64,000 nucleotides of DNA from Tubiluchus corallicola (taxonomy: Eukaryota > Animalia > Priapulida), in the NCBI GenBank assembly GCA_030141605.1, contig JAQGDQ010000063.1, positions 62,001-126,000 of the forward strand, written 5' to 3'. Below, in pieces: positions 63,725 through 64,000 of the stretch. A model generated the notes under the pieces. It saw nothing but the letters and a program-made list of their open reading frames with translations, made no database searches and was not told the origin of the DNA. How positions within the stretch are numbered: the first letter of the stretch is position 1; each line of letters opens with the position of its first letter. Position numbers and translations under genes: made by a program.

Positions 63725-63888
63725 GCACATGTTCACTCAAAACACCTAGTCATCTAGCACATGTTCACTCAAAACCCCTGGTCATCTAGCACATGTTCAC
63801 TCAAAACACCTAGTCATCTAGCACATGTTCACTCAAAACACCTAGTCATCTAGCACATGTTCACTCAAAACACCTAGTCATCTAGCAC
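63725..63888. repeat. 32-bp minisatellite, ~5 near-identical copies
   Basis: gcacatgttcactcaaaacacctagtcatcta at 63725, 63757 (2 substitutions), 63789, 63821 and 63853. The copies are contiguous, with no spacers. Confidence 0.95.
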
Positions 63889-64000
63889 TTGACATATGTG
63901 AGCTGCATTTGGCAATGAGCTGATGACATTGTTTCCCATGTGAAAAGCAGCAGGACCTTCAAAGCAAATCACTGGGCAAGTGATTCAATGTTTAGCTTCC

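Noticed and set aside
63725-63888. 32-bp repeats as CRISPR repeats
   Set aside because: Head-to-tail copies with no spacers.
63918-63952. Second hammerhead-like motif CTGATGA...GAAA
   Set aside because: Stem II is only 3 bp and out of register, with no convincing stems I or III.

Overview
AT-rich eukaryotic DNA from an invertebrate animal: GT-AG introns, a Pol III tRNA, and a non-chordate-type classical cadherin. The taxon cannot be fixed from this window. Exons were joined by hand using splice sites and reading-frame phase. Genes from left to right: (1) the 3' part of a LIM-domain EPLIN/XIRP-like gene (+), with an extra acidic 1.3-kb in-frame ORF inside one intron; (2) a spliced, probably secreted sphingomyelinase C resembling the bacterial enzymes (-), apparently using a GC-AG intron; (3) a ~2650-aa type III classical cadherin encoded by only two exons (-); (4) TSR1 with an intronless CDS (+); (5) tRNA-Pro(TGG) (-); (6) 10-exon RRM2 with E2F/CCAAT promoter motifs (+); (7) the 3' part of DEK (-). 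DEK introns hold a decayed hAT transposon with an 8-bp TSD, a ~50-bp minisatellite that repeats the DEK 5' splice site, and a Penelope-like remnant whose inverted pLTRs carry hammerhead-ribozyme motifs. Several MITEs and simple repeats are also present. I see no clear wholly new multi-gene system. The best candidates for novelty are the bacterial-type SMase, the splice-donor minisatellite, the two-exon cadherin and the hammerhead motif.
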